Positions 54,493-64,000 of a stretch of 64,000 nt of DNA are shown piece by piece; positions within the stretch are counted from its first letter, which is position 1, and every line of letters begins with the position of its first letter. The stretch comes from Alphaproteobacteria bacterium (GTDB lineage: Bacteria > Pseudomonadota > Alphaproteobacteria > Rhodobacterales > Rhodobacteraceae), in contig JAUIDE010000002.1 of assembly GCA_030429105.1 (NCBI GenBank), positions 7,896 to 71,895 of the forward strand. Reading direction: 5' to 3'. Both the position numbers and the translations under genes were made by a program. The notes under the pieces are model-generated. The model saw only the letters and a program-made list of their open reading frames with translations, did no database searches and was not told where the DNA came from.

Positions 54493-57441
54493 CTACTTCT
54501 TCTCCCCTTCCGGCTTCCCGCCCTCGCCTTTCGGCGCCTTCTTCACGGCGTCCGAGATACGCTGCATGTCGGAGGCTTCGCGGATCAGCCCGCCCTGCTT
54601 CGTGAGATTCCCGCCCTCGATGCCGATATCGCTCAGGAGGCTGTCGATCAGCGGCGCCTGGACGCGATAGCGAAGCGCGGAGTTGATGACCTCGTCGGTC
54701 GGGCTCCCGTCCCGGCTCCCGCCGCCGCCCGTCACGCCGTCGAGCTGCATGATGCGGATGTCCTGGATCTTCTCCAGCGGCTTGACGCTCGCCGCGACGA
54801 TGCCCTCCACATGCTCGAGCAGCTTGCGGCGGAAGAGCGAGGAGCGGGCCGGGTCGGTCAGCACGTTCTCCGCCTCGTTGAGGAGCTTCTGCGCCTCGGC
54901 CTCGACCGCGCGGCGAACCGCTTCCGCCTCGGCGGCGATCTTGGCTTCCGAAGCCGCCTTCTCCGCCATCAGCACGTCGATCTTCTGGCGGCGGGAGGCC
55001 TGTTCCGTCTCCCGCACGGTCTTGACGCGTTCCTCCGCCTCGGCGGCGCGGGCGCGCGCCGCGTCCGCCTCGGCGCGGGCGGCGCTCTCCTCCAGCGACT
55101 TCTTGTAGAGCGCGACGGCCTTCTCCATCTGCGCCGTCTCGACCGTCTTCTCGCGTTCGACCTCGAGCCTGCGGCGCTCGGTCTGATGGGAGATGCGGAT
55201 TTCGTCGAGCCCGCGTTCGGAGGCGATGCGCGCACGCTCGATATCCTCCTGGCTCTCGATCTCGGCCTCGCGCAGCGCCTGGACGCGGGCGATCTCCAGC
55301 TGCTCGATGGAGCGGCGGCGTTCGAGCCGTGCGGCTTCGAGCGCGCGCTCGCGCTCCACATCCGCCGTCTCGACATCCTTCCGCGCGGCGATCTCGGCCT
55401 GCTTGACCTCCGCCTCGGCGGCGGCGGCCTTCGCCTTCTTGCCGGCCAGGGCGACGACGCGCTCCTGCTCCGCCGTCTCGACGACGCGCTTGCGCTCGAT
55501 CTCCGTCACCTCGCGGGTGCGCTGGCTGCCGATCCGGTCCTCCTCCAGCGCCAGCTCGGCGGCGATGCGCGCCTTCTCCACAGCCTCGCGGCGCCCGATC
55601 TCGGCGGCTTCGATCTCCTTCTCCCGGGCGATGGCGCGGGCGCGGACGGCCTCCTCCGCCGCGATCCGGTCGGCCTCCACAGCGCGGGTCTGCGCGATCT
55701 CGCGAAGCGCGGTGGCCTCGGCCGCGGCGATGCGCTTCGCGTCGAGCTCCAGCTTCTGGGCGATGCGCGCGGCCTCAACCGCCTCGTCTGCGGCGACGCG
55801 GGCCTCGTCCACCGCCTTGTTGCGCGCGATCTCCTCCGCGCGGGTCGCGCCGTCCGCCGCGATGCGCTCAGCAGCGAGCGCCTTCTCTCGCGCGATGCGG
55901 GCCGCCTCGGTCGCCTGCCCGGCGGCGATTTCCGCCGCCTCGATGGCCTGCTGCCGCTCGATTTCCAGCGCGCGGATGCGCCGGTCCTCCGCGATGCGCG
56001 TCTCGTTGACGACGGCGGCCTCCGCGATGCGGAGCCGCTCCGTCGCCTCGCGCGCTTCGATCTCGGCCTCGTCGAGCCCCTTCTGCCGGGCGATCTCCCG
56101 CCGGCGGATATCCTCCTCGCCGCGGATGCGCGTCTGGGCGAGGACGAGGGTCCGCGCCATGCGGGCCTTTTCGGTTTCCTCATTTGCGGCGATCTCGGCC
56201 TGCTCCACCGTCCGCTGACGCTCGATCTCCAGCGACTGCGTCTCACGGTCCTTCGCGATGCGCGCCTCGGCGACCGCCTTTTCCTGCGCGATCTGCGCGC
56301 GTTCCGTCGCCTCGCGGGCGGCGATGGCGGCCTCTTCGAGCAGCTTGCGGCGGGCGATCTCCTTCGCCTCCGTCTCCTGCTCGTTGAGGATCCGCGCCTC
56401 CCTCACCGCCCGCTCCTGCAGGATGCGGGCAGTCTCCGTCGCCTCGCGGGCCGCGATTTCCTCCGCCTCGTCGGCGCGGGCGCGGGCGATCTCGCGGGCG
56501 CGGACCTCGCGCTCGGAGGCGATGCGCGCCTCGGCGATGCCGCGCTCGTTCGCGATGCGCGCCTTCTCGATCGCCTCCCGCGCTGCGATCTGCGCGCTCT
56601 CGGCCTCCGTCTCCCGCTCAGCGCGCTCCCGCGCCAGCATGGCGCGCTGCTGCGCCCGGCGGAACTCGACCTCGCGCTCCTGTTCGAGCCGCGCCTCCTC
56701 GCTCTCGCGCTCGATGTCCAGCGCCTGCTTCTCCGCCTCGAGGTTGCGGGCGCGGATGAGGATGGAGGTTTCCTGCTCGATATCGTTGCGAAGCTTCCGC
56801 CGCGCCTCGATCTCCTTGATGATCGAGGTGAGACCCTCGGCGTCGAACCGGTTGGACGGGTTGAAGAATTCGAGCGCCGTCTGGTCGATGTCGAGGATCG
56901 CGACGGATTCGAGCTCCAGCCCGTTGCGGCTGAGATCCTCCTGCGCCGCCTCCTTCACCCGGGCGACATAGGAGCCGCGCTGCTCGTGCATCTCGCCCAT
57001 CGCCATCTCGGCGGCGACGGCGCGCATCGCGCTCTCGAACTTGCCGGCGAGAAGGGCGTGGAGGCTCTCCGGCTCAAGCGTCCGCCGCCCCAGCGTGGAG
57101 GCGGCCATCGAGACGGCGTCCTGCGCCGGGCGGACGCGGACATAGAACTCCGCCTCCACATCCACCCGCATCCGGTCCTTCGTGATGAGCGCCTCGCCCT
57201 TCGTGCGGCTCACCTTCAGCGGCAGGGTGTTCATGTTGACGGGCGTGTAGTCGTGGATGATCGGCCAGACGAAGGCGCCGCCGTCGATCACCACCTTCTC
57301 CCCGAGGAAGCCGGTGCGGACGAAGGCGATCTCCTTCGTCGAACGGCGGTAGAGCCATTGCATGACCCAGTAGACGATGGCGATGACGACCACCGCCACG
57401 ATGAGCCAGAGGATCAGCTGCCCTATGATCTGACCTGTCAT
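54493..57441 (-). CDS. Oversized flotillin/YqiK-like SPFH protein (982 aa)
   Basis: N-terminal TM helix, SPFH domain (AFVRTGFLGEKVVIDGGAFVWPIIH...), very long Glu/Ala/Arg coiled coil and a flotillin-type C-terminal region. AAGGGAGGA before the ATG. Confidence 0.85.
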   Translation of the reverse strand: MTGQIIGQLILWLIVAVVVIAIVYWVMQWLYRRSTKEIAFVRTGFLGEKVVIDGGAFVWPIIHDYTPVNMNTLPLKVSRTKGEALITKDRMRVDVEAEFYVRVRPAQDAVSMAASTLGRRTLEPESLHALLAGKFESAMRAVAAEMAMGEMHEQRGSYVARVKEAAQEDLSRNGLELESVAILDIDQTALEFFNPSNRFDAEGLTSIIKEIEARRKLRNDIEQETSILIRARNLEAEKQALDIERESEEARLEQEREVEFRRAQQRAMLARERAERETEAESAQIAAREAIEKARIANERGIAEARIASEREVRAREIARARADEAEEIAAREATETARILQERAVREARILNEQETEAKEIARRKLLEEAAIAAREATERAQIAQEKAVAEARIAKDRETQSLEIERQRTVEQAEIAANEETEKARMARTLVLAQTRIRGEEDIRRREIARQKGLDEAEIEAREATERLRIAEAAVVNETRIAEDRRIRALEIERQQAIEAAEIAAGQATEAARIAREKALAAERIAADGATRAEEIARNKAVDEARVAADEAVEAARIAQKLELDAKRIAAAEATALREIAQTRAVEADRIAAEEAVRARAIAREKEIEAAEIGRREAVEKARIAAELALEEDRIGSQRTREVTEIERKRVVETAEQERVVALAGKKAKAAAAEAEVKQAEIAARKDVETADVERERALEAARLERRRSIEQLEIARVQALREAEIESQEDIERARIASERGLDEIRISHQTERRRLEVEREKTVETAQMEKAVALYKKSLEESAARAEADAARARAAEAEERVKTVRETEQASRRQKIDVLMAEKAASEAKIAAEAEAVRRAVEAEAQKLLNEAENVLTDPARSSLFRRKLLEHVEGIVAASVKPLEKIQDIRIMQLDGVTGGGGSRDGSPTDEVINSALRYRVQAPLIDSLLSDIGIEGGNLTKQGGLIREASDMQRISDAVKKAPKGEGGKPEGEKK
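55528..56583 (-). repeat. Eight tandem 132-bp (44-codon) in-frame repeats inside the flotillin gene
   Basis: Repeat units start at residues 287, 331, 375, 419, 463, 507, 551 and 595 (AREA/ANEE/AGQA/ADEA/AEEA...). One codon register (res 331, nt 56451) was checked by hand. Confidence 0.75.
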
Positions 57442-57459
57442 GTCATCCTCCCTTTCGGC

Positions 57460-58284
57460 TTACCTGCCGATGCGCTTGAACGCGCGCGTCTGTTCGGTGA
57501 GCGCGGTTTCCGCCGGCAGCCGCTCCATGGAGGACGCGCCGTAGAACCCGTCGCAGCGTTTCGCGGCCTTCAGGACGAACTCCGCATCCGCCGGCATGGA
57601 GACCGGGCCGCCATGAACGAGGATCAGCGCGTCCGGCTTCACGGCCAGCGCCGCCGCCGCCCACTTGTCCACGAGGCCCGGGCAATCCTCCAGCTTCAGC
57701 GCCGTCTCGGCGCCGATGGAGCCGCCCGTGGTGAGCCCGAGATGGCAAACGATGATGTCGGCCCCTGCCCCCGCCATCGCCGCCGCCGACGCCTCGTCGA
57801 AGACGTAAGGTGTCGTCAGCATGTCCTTCCGGCCCGCCTCCGCGATCATCTCGACCTCGAGCGCGTAGCCCATCCCCGTCTCTTCGAGGTTGGCGCGGAA
57901 CGTGCCGTCGATCAGGCCGACCGTGGGGAAGTTCTGCACGCCGGAGAAGCCCGCCGCCTTCACCTCGTCGAGGAAGCGTGGCATCAGCCGGAACGGGTCG
58001 GTCGCGCAGACCCCGGCGAGAACCGGGGTATGCTTCACGACCGGCAGCACCTCCGAAGCCATCTCCATGACGATGGCGTTCGCGTCGCCATAGGGCATCA
58101 GTCCGGCCAGCGAGCCGCGCCCGGCCATGCGGTAGCGGCCGGAATTGTAGATGACGATGAGGTCGATCCCCCCCGCCTCCTCGCACTTCGCCGAAAGCCC
58201 TGTGCCGGCGCCGCCGCCGACGATGGGCTCCCCGCGCGCCTTCATGGCGTGGAGCCGTTCCAGAATGTCCTTGCGGGGGATCAT
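57460..58284 (-). CDS. PEP-hydrolase-like TIM-barrel protein (usual partner of UPF0261; C-terminal half of plant Tm-1)
   Basis: 274 aa. [33 protein letters not shown]...GVQNFPTVG family pattern. ATGA overlap with the upstream gene. Confidence 0.78.
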   Translation of the reverse strand: MIPRKDILERLHAMKARGEPIVGGGAGTGLSAKCEEAGGIDLIVIYNSGRYRMAGRGSLAGLMPYGDANAIVMEMASEVLPVVKHTPVLAGVCATDPFRLMPRFLDEVKAAGFSGVQNFPTVGLIDGTFRANLEETGMGYALEVEMIAEAGRKDMLTTPYVFDEASAAAMAGAGADIIVCHLGLTTGGSIGAETALKLEDCPGLVDKWAAAALAVKPDALILVHGGPVSMPADAEFVLKAAKRCDGFYGASSMERLPAETALTEQTRAFKRIGR

Positions 58285-60441
58285 CGCCGCGCCTCTTTCT
58301 TCTTGGCCGGCCTGCCGCCATGCAGCTCGCGGAAGGCGGCGACGAGCGCCGCCGAGAAGGCCGGGTCGTTGATGTTGTGCGGCAGGCGGATCAGTCGCCG
58401 GTTCGCGCTCTGGCGCACTGTCGCCTCCAGCGCGGAGAAGAGCGCGGCGCGCGCCGCCGGATCGTGGAAATCCCGCCCCGGCGCGTCGAGGGCGGAGACG
58501 CCGCCCTCGGGCAGGAGGAACCGCACCGGCCCCTCCATCTCGTTCAGCCGCCCGCCGATCCATCGCCCCATCGCCGCGCATTCCTCCGCCGTGGTGCGCA
58601 TCAGCGTCACCTGCGGGTTGTGGACATGGAGCTTCCGCCCCCGATAGCGCTCCGGCACGGTCTCCATTGCGCCGAAATTCACCATGTCGAGCGCGCCGAC
58701 CGAACCGACATAGGGGAGCCGCCGGCGGATGACGGCGCCGAACCGGTCCTCCGTCGCGGGGAAGACGCCGCTCATCATCATGTCGGCGACTTCCGTCGTC
58801 GTCGCATCGATCACGCCGAGGAGGCGGCCATTGTCGGCGAGGCTCTCCATCGCCCGGCCGCCGACGCCGGTGGCGTGGAAGACGAGGCAATCGTAATCCT
58901 CGCCGAGGGCCGATACGACCTGCTGCACGCAGGGCGTCGTCACGCCGAACATCGTCAGGCCGATGGCTGGTTTTCGCGGCGGGGCCGGCCGCGCCGCCCT
59001 TCGCGCGCGGACCATGCCGACCATCGCCTGCGCGGCGTTTCCAAGCACCTCCTCCGTGATTGCGTTGAGGCCCTGCATGTCCGCCACCGAATGCATCATC
59101 ATGATATCGGACGCGCCGACATATTGCCCGACCTCGCCGCTCGCCACGGTGGAGACGAGAAGCTTCGGCGCGCCGAACGGCAGCGCGCGCATCGCCGGGG
59201 CCGCGAGCGCAGCGGCGCCGGAGCCGCCGGCGGAGACGATCCCCGCGATCCCCTCCTGCCGGGCGATCCAGCGCTCGAAGGCCAGCGCCATCGCCGTCAC
59301 CGCCGCGCCCCGGTCCCCGGTGAAGACGCCGGCAGCGCCGCGCGGGTGGAAGGCTGCGACCTGGTGCGCCGGAATGTCCGCGCCTGAATGCGCGCCGGTT
59401 GTGGAAAGATCGACGAGCCGGACGGGCAGCCCGGCCGCCAGGATCAGGTCGCGCAGATGGCGGAGTTCCGGCCCCTTGGTGTCGAGCGTGCCCGCGACGA
59501 GAACCACCTGCGCCCCCGGCGCGGCGAGCGGGCGGATCTCCGCGGAGGGCGCGGCGAGCGGCCCTGTCGTCACGACCCGCGCCTCCCGCTCCAGCCGGTG
59601 GACGGGGACGGGCGCGCTCCAGCGCGTCGGCGCCGTCGGGTTGGCGTTATAGATCTTCACCGCGGCAGGGGCGGAGGGAGCCGCCGCCTTCGCCGCGCCC
59701 TGCGCCGGCTCCGGCGTCTCATCATGACCGTGCCGGCCGACGCCGAGCAGGCGCTGCTGCAATTCCCGGTCCGCCGCCAGCGCCGCGGCGGGCGCGATGC
59801 GGTTGATCCGGCCGTTGACCATGATCGCAACCTCGGAGGCCACGCCGCAGGCGACGCCGATGTTCTGCTCGATCACCAGCACGTCAATCTCGCCCTCGTC
59901 CCCGAGGCGGAGCAGCATCTCCTCCACCTGCGCGACAATGACGGGGGCGAGCCCTTCGGTCGGCTCGTCCATCACGAGGAGCTTCGGGTTGGAGAGGAGC
60001 GCGCGGGAGATGGCGAGCATCTGCTGCTCCCCGCCCGAAAGCTGCGCGCCGCCGTTCCCCTTCCGCTCCGCGAGGCGCGGGAATGTCGAATAGACCCGCT
60101 CGATGGACCAGGCGCCGCCCGGCTTCGCGACCATCCGCAGATGCTCGTCCACCGTGAGCGAACGCCAGAGCCGCCGCCCCTGCGGCACATAGCCGACGCC
60201 CATCCGCGCGATCTCCGCCGCGCTCCGCCCCGTCAGCGGCTGGCCGCGGAAGCTGATCGTCCCGGAAGCGGCGGGGACGAGGCCCATGATCGCCTTGCAG
60301 AGCGTCGTCTTGCCCATCCCGTTCCGCCCGACGACGGAGAGGACGCCGGATTTCAGCGTCAGATCGACGCCCTGCAAGGCATGGCTCGCGCCGTAGAAGA
60401 CGTTGAGTCCCTTGATCTCGAGGCCGGGCGGGCCGACGCGC

Positions 60442-60449
<8 letters not shown>
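58281..60449 (-). CDS. Fusion protein: LivF-type ABC ATPase (N) plus UPF0261 / Tm-1-like ATP-binding domain (C)
   Basis: Residues 1-~235: Walker [10 protein letters not shown], signature LSGGEQQML, Walker [14 protein letters not shown]. An ~80-aa Pro/Ala linker follows. From ~314: [22 protein letters not shown]...[11 protein letters not shown]...[14 protein letters not shown], typical of UPF0261. ATG 60447-49 lies behind GGAGGGG. Confidence 0.8.
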
Positions 60450-61217
<768 letters not shown>

Positions 61218-61221
<4 letters not shown>

Positions 61222-62261
61222 CGCGAGCCCCCGCGCAGAGGATCGGCCTTGCTCGCCCGCCGCGCGCGCCACCGCTCCCAGAGGCCGAGAACGCCATCCG
61301 GCGAGAAGAAGACGATGAGGAGGAAGCCGAGCCCGATCAGGAGCTTGAAGCGTTCCGTCGAGAGCCCGAACGCGCTCAGCGCATCCGGAGCGAAAGAGCG
61401 GAGGAGAACGTAGATGAGCGCCCCGATGAAGGGCCCGATGGGCCGCTTCAGCCCGCCGACGACTGCGATCACGAGGATGTCGATCACCGCCGGAATCCCT
61501 GCCGTGCCGGGCGATATCTGCGCGTTCTGCCAGACGAGGAGGATGCCGCCGAAAGCCGCAATCACGGAGGCGAAGGCGTAGGCGGCGATCCGGTGCGCGG
61601 TGACGTTGAAGCCGAGCGCGGCCATCCGGCGCGGATTGTCCCGCACCCCCTGCAGCGCCAGCCCGAAGGGCGAGCGCGAGACATAGACGACCACGAGCCA
61701 GGAGAGCGCCGCCATGCCGAGCGTCAGGTAGTAGAACGGAACCGGCTGCCTCCAGTCCACCCCGAAGAGTTGCGGCGGGACGACGAGGTTGAACCCGGTA
61801 TAGCCGTTGAAGATCCCGTAATTCTGCCGCGTGAAGTAGAAGAAGGCGGAGGCGATGGCGAGGGTGATCATGATCGTGTAGATTCCCTCCGTCCGCACCG
61901 CCAGCGCGCCGACCAGCGCCCCCCCGATCGTCGCGATCACGACCGCGACGGGGATGTAGACATACCAGGGCAGGAAGAGGCTCAGCGCCTCCACCCCGCT
62001 CGGCCCGAAGATGGCGACCATGTAGCCGGCGAGGGCCGCGACGCTCATCTGGATAAGGCTCACCATCCCGCCATAGCCGGCGAGGAACATGAGGCTCAGC
62101 GCGATCATCCCGAGGATGAAGGTCCAGCCGAAGACCTGGAAGAGCACGAAATCGTTCGCCACCGCCGGCATGATGAGGAGGAGGAACCCGACCGCCCAGA
62201 CCGGAGCGGGAATCCGCTCCACCCAGTAGGGCTCCGCAGGCTGGCGCTCGATCACCGCCAT
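61218..62261 (-). CDS. LivM-type branched-chain-amino-acid-family ABC permease
   Basis: 347 aa, polytopic, LivM-like. ATG 62259-61 lies behind GAGGG. Confidence 0.85.
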
Positions 62262-62268
62262 CGCGCCC

Positions 62269-63282
62269 TCACCGCCTGTCGCCGAGCAGGCCCTGCGGCC
62301 GGAAGGCCAGCACCAGCGCCATGATGAGGAAGGTGAAGACGACCGAATAGGTCGGCGCATAGACGAGGCCGAGCTGCTCCGAGAGCCCGATCACCAGCGC
62401 GCCGATGGCGGCCCCCGGGATCGAGCCCATCCCGCCCACGATAACGACGACAAGCGATGCGAGGAGGAAGCGCGTATCCTCCCCCGGGGAAAGAGACTGG
62501 AACGTGCCGCCCACGATCCCGCCCATCCCCGCGAGCCCGGCGCCGAAGCCGAAGACGGCGAGGAAGACGTACTGGATGCGGACGCCGGAGGCCGCCAGCA
62601 TCTCCCGGTCGTCCACCCCGGCGCGGATCAGCATGCCGAGCCGGGTGCGGTTCAGCACCAGCCACATCGCGACGCCCATGACGATGGCGGCGACGAGGAT
62701 CGCGATGCGGACGGCGGGATACCGCAGATAGACGATCTCCCCGTCGCTCTTGATCGAGGAGATGACGGGCAGCGTCGTCGGGCCGGAGAGCCATTCCGGC
62801 GAAAGGATGGTGTAGGACTGCCCGCCCCAGATCCAGAGCATCAGGTCGGCGAGGACGACGGAGATTCCGATCGTCACCAGCGTCTGGCGCAGGTCCTCCC
62901 CCTCCATCCGGCGGAAGACCTGATTCTGCATCAGGAGGCCGAGCGCCGCGACGAGCACGAAGACGACGGGAAAGGCGAGAAGCCAGGAGCCCGTCGAATC
63001 CGATATCTCGAAGCCGACATAGCCGCCGAGGAGATAAAGCGAGCCGTGCGCGAGATTCACGTTGCGCATCAGCCCGAAGATCAGCGTGAAGCCGGCGGCG
63101 ACGAGGAAATAGAGTGCGCCGAGCGTGATCCCGCCGAAAACGGCGTTGAGGAAGATCCGCTTCCTGCCGATTGCATCCTCAAGCCCGTCCGGCCATGGCG
63201 CGAAAACGAGCCAGAGCAGCGCCGCCACGACAATGGCGATCACCAGGGTCCAGATCGGATGTCGCGAAGCGAAGCGCTGCAT
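62269..63282 (-). CDS. LivH-type ABC permease
   Basis: 337 aa, polytopic, with the typical NLAHGSLYLLGGY block. Confidence 0.88.
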   Translation of the reverse strand: MQRFASRHPIWTLVIAIVVAALLWLVFAPWPDGLEDAIGRKRIFLNAVFGGITLGALYFLVAAGFTLIFGLMRNVNLAHGSLYLLGGYVGFEISDSTGSWLLAFPVVFVLVAALGLLMQNQVFRRMEGEDLRQTLVTIGISVVLADLMLWIWGGQSYTILSPEWLSGPTTLPVISSIKSDGEIVYLRYPAVRIAILVAAIVMGVAMWLVLNRTRLGMLIRAGVDDREMLAASGVRIQYVFLAVFGFGAGLAGMGGIVGGTFQSLSPGEDTRFLLASLVVVIVGGMGSIPGAAIGALVIGLSEQLGLVYAPTYSVVFTFLIMALVLAFRPQGLLGDRR

Positions 63283-63405
63283 GATCCCTTCCGCCGGAGC
63301 GCGCCCGCAGGCCCACCCTCATCTCTTCACCCTAAGCCGCGGGGCCGCGCTGCGCTTTACCCCTCAGTCTGATCATTCTTCGCCCCGTCCGCTTATCGGG
63401 CCGGT

Positions 63406-64000
63406 TCAGCCGTGCTGGACGAGCACGCTCCGCCGGTAGACCGAGGGCGGCACGACTCCGTTGGCGATGAAGAAGCGGGAGAAGCTCGCCTGGCTTGAGA
63501 AACCAAGGTCGAGCCCGATCTCGGAGACGGCCTCCGTCGTCTCCGCCAGCCGGTCGATCGCACGCTCCATGCGAAGGGCGTTGAGATAGATGTTCGGCGT
63601 CGCGCCTACCTGCTCGCGGAAGAGCTTGTAGAAATGCGGGCGGGAAAGGCCGACCTCCCGCGCCACCTCGTCGAGGCCCAGCGTCTCCCCCAGCCGCTCC
63701 TGCAGCAGCCGTAGCGCGTTACGGATTCGATAATCCCGCTTCGGCAGCGCTGGTCCGACGAACGCGGGGCCGCGCTTCGTCCACTGCCACGACTGGTCGA
63801 AGGCCGCCTGCGTGAGCGCGCAGAGCCGTTCTTCCAGCGCCGGGTCCACCCGCTCCGCATCCAGCATCGAGGTCGCGATCCCGTAGACATGTCGCGCCAT
63901 GTGGTCCGCCACGTCCACGCCGACGCGCCCGAAGCGGAGCGAGGCCGCGGCGCGGCGGGAGGCTTCGAGGAACCAGCCGGGACGAATGTAGAGGACGAGC
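63406..64000 (-). CDS. AraC-family transcriptional regulator, 5' end beyond the window
   Basis: C-terminal double HTH (LDEVAREVGLSRPHFYKLFREQVG...EIGLDLGFSSQASFSRFF). The frame stays open from 63918 to the window edge when read by hand. Confidence 0.8.
   Translation of the reverse strand, partial: LVLYIRPGWFLEASRRAAASLRFGRVGVDVADHMARHVYGIATSMLDAERVDPALEERLCALTQAAFDQSWQWTKRGPAFVGPALPKRDYRIRNALRLLQERLGETLGLDEVAREVGLSRPHFYKLFREQVGATPNIYLNALRMERAIDRLAETTEAVSEIGLDLGFSSQASFSRFFIANGVVPPSVYRRSVLVQHG

Noticed and set aside
55528-56583. Periodic 132-bp repeats considered as a CRISPR-like or satellite array
   Set aside because: The repeats are in-frame, diverged and have no spacer/repeat alternation. 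They encode the flotillin coiled coil and are reported as a protein-coding internal repeat instead.
54028-58647. 1539-aa plus-strand ORF, the longest in the track
   Set aside because: It is antisense to the SRPBCC, flotillin, TIM-barrel and UPF0261 genes. The translation is Leu/Arg/Asp/Gly-rich low complexity with no motifs, while the minus-strand genes have clear family signatures and SD sites. This is a typical GC-rich shadow ORF.

Overview
Very GC-rich chromosomal segment. Gene content and order suggest an alphaproteobacterium of the Rhodobacterales/Paracoccus type (taxonomy is inference). Coding density is high, and 4-nt ATGA/GTGA start-stop overlaps are common. I found no tRNA, rRNA, CRISPR array, IS element or integrase. 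Most ORFs in the track are GC-driven antisense shadows of the real genes.

Layout:
- 1-27.8 kb: housekeeping core. It holds prfA-prmC, ispG, a RodZ-like gene, trmFO, gyrA, hisAFE, DUF4164-zapA, a PpiD-like gene, gatB and argB. It is interrupted by a lower-GC relBE toxin-antitoxin pair beside gyrA and a few small or orphan genes.
- 27.8-39.8 kb: canonical Sox thiosulfate-oxidation cluster, soxT-soxR-soxS (minus) and soxVWXYZABCDEF plus a DUF302 gene (plus). AT-rich dyads lie exactly in the soxS-soxV and soxW-soxX gaps.
- 40.0-43.8 kb: a second sulfur-related minus-strand module. It holds a two-Cys ArsR (SqrR/BigR-like), a split YeeE/YedE pair, a Tat-exported MBL hydrolase (SoxH-like) and a membrane-fused spermidine-synthase-like protein.
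- 43.9-63.3 kb: the most unusual part. Seventeen minus-strand genes form a 19.4-kb train behind an AraC-type regulator. In order they are LIV-type ABC permeases and ATPase, a LivF ATPase fused to a UPF0261 (Tm-1-like) domain, its PEP-hydrolase-like TIM-barrel partner, a 982-aa flotillin with eight 44-residue repeats, two SRPBCC paralogs, a CoxSML-type molybdenum hydroxylase whose large subunit is split in two, MoxR/VWA (CoxD/CoxE-like) genes separated by a 490-bp palindrome-rich spacer, and three different hydrolase folds.

I cannot map this ensemble onto a characterised pathway, so it is my best candidate for an undescribed uptake/catabolism system. All functional calls rest on motif and family recognition by eye, not on database searches.
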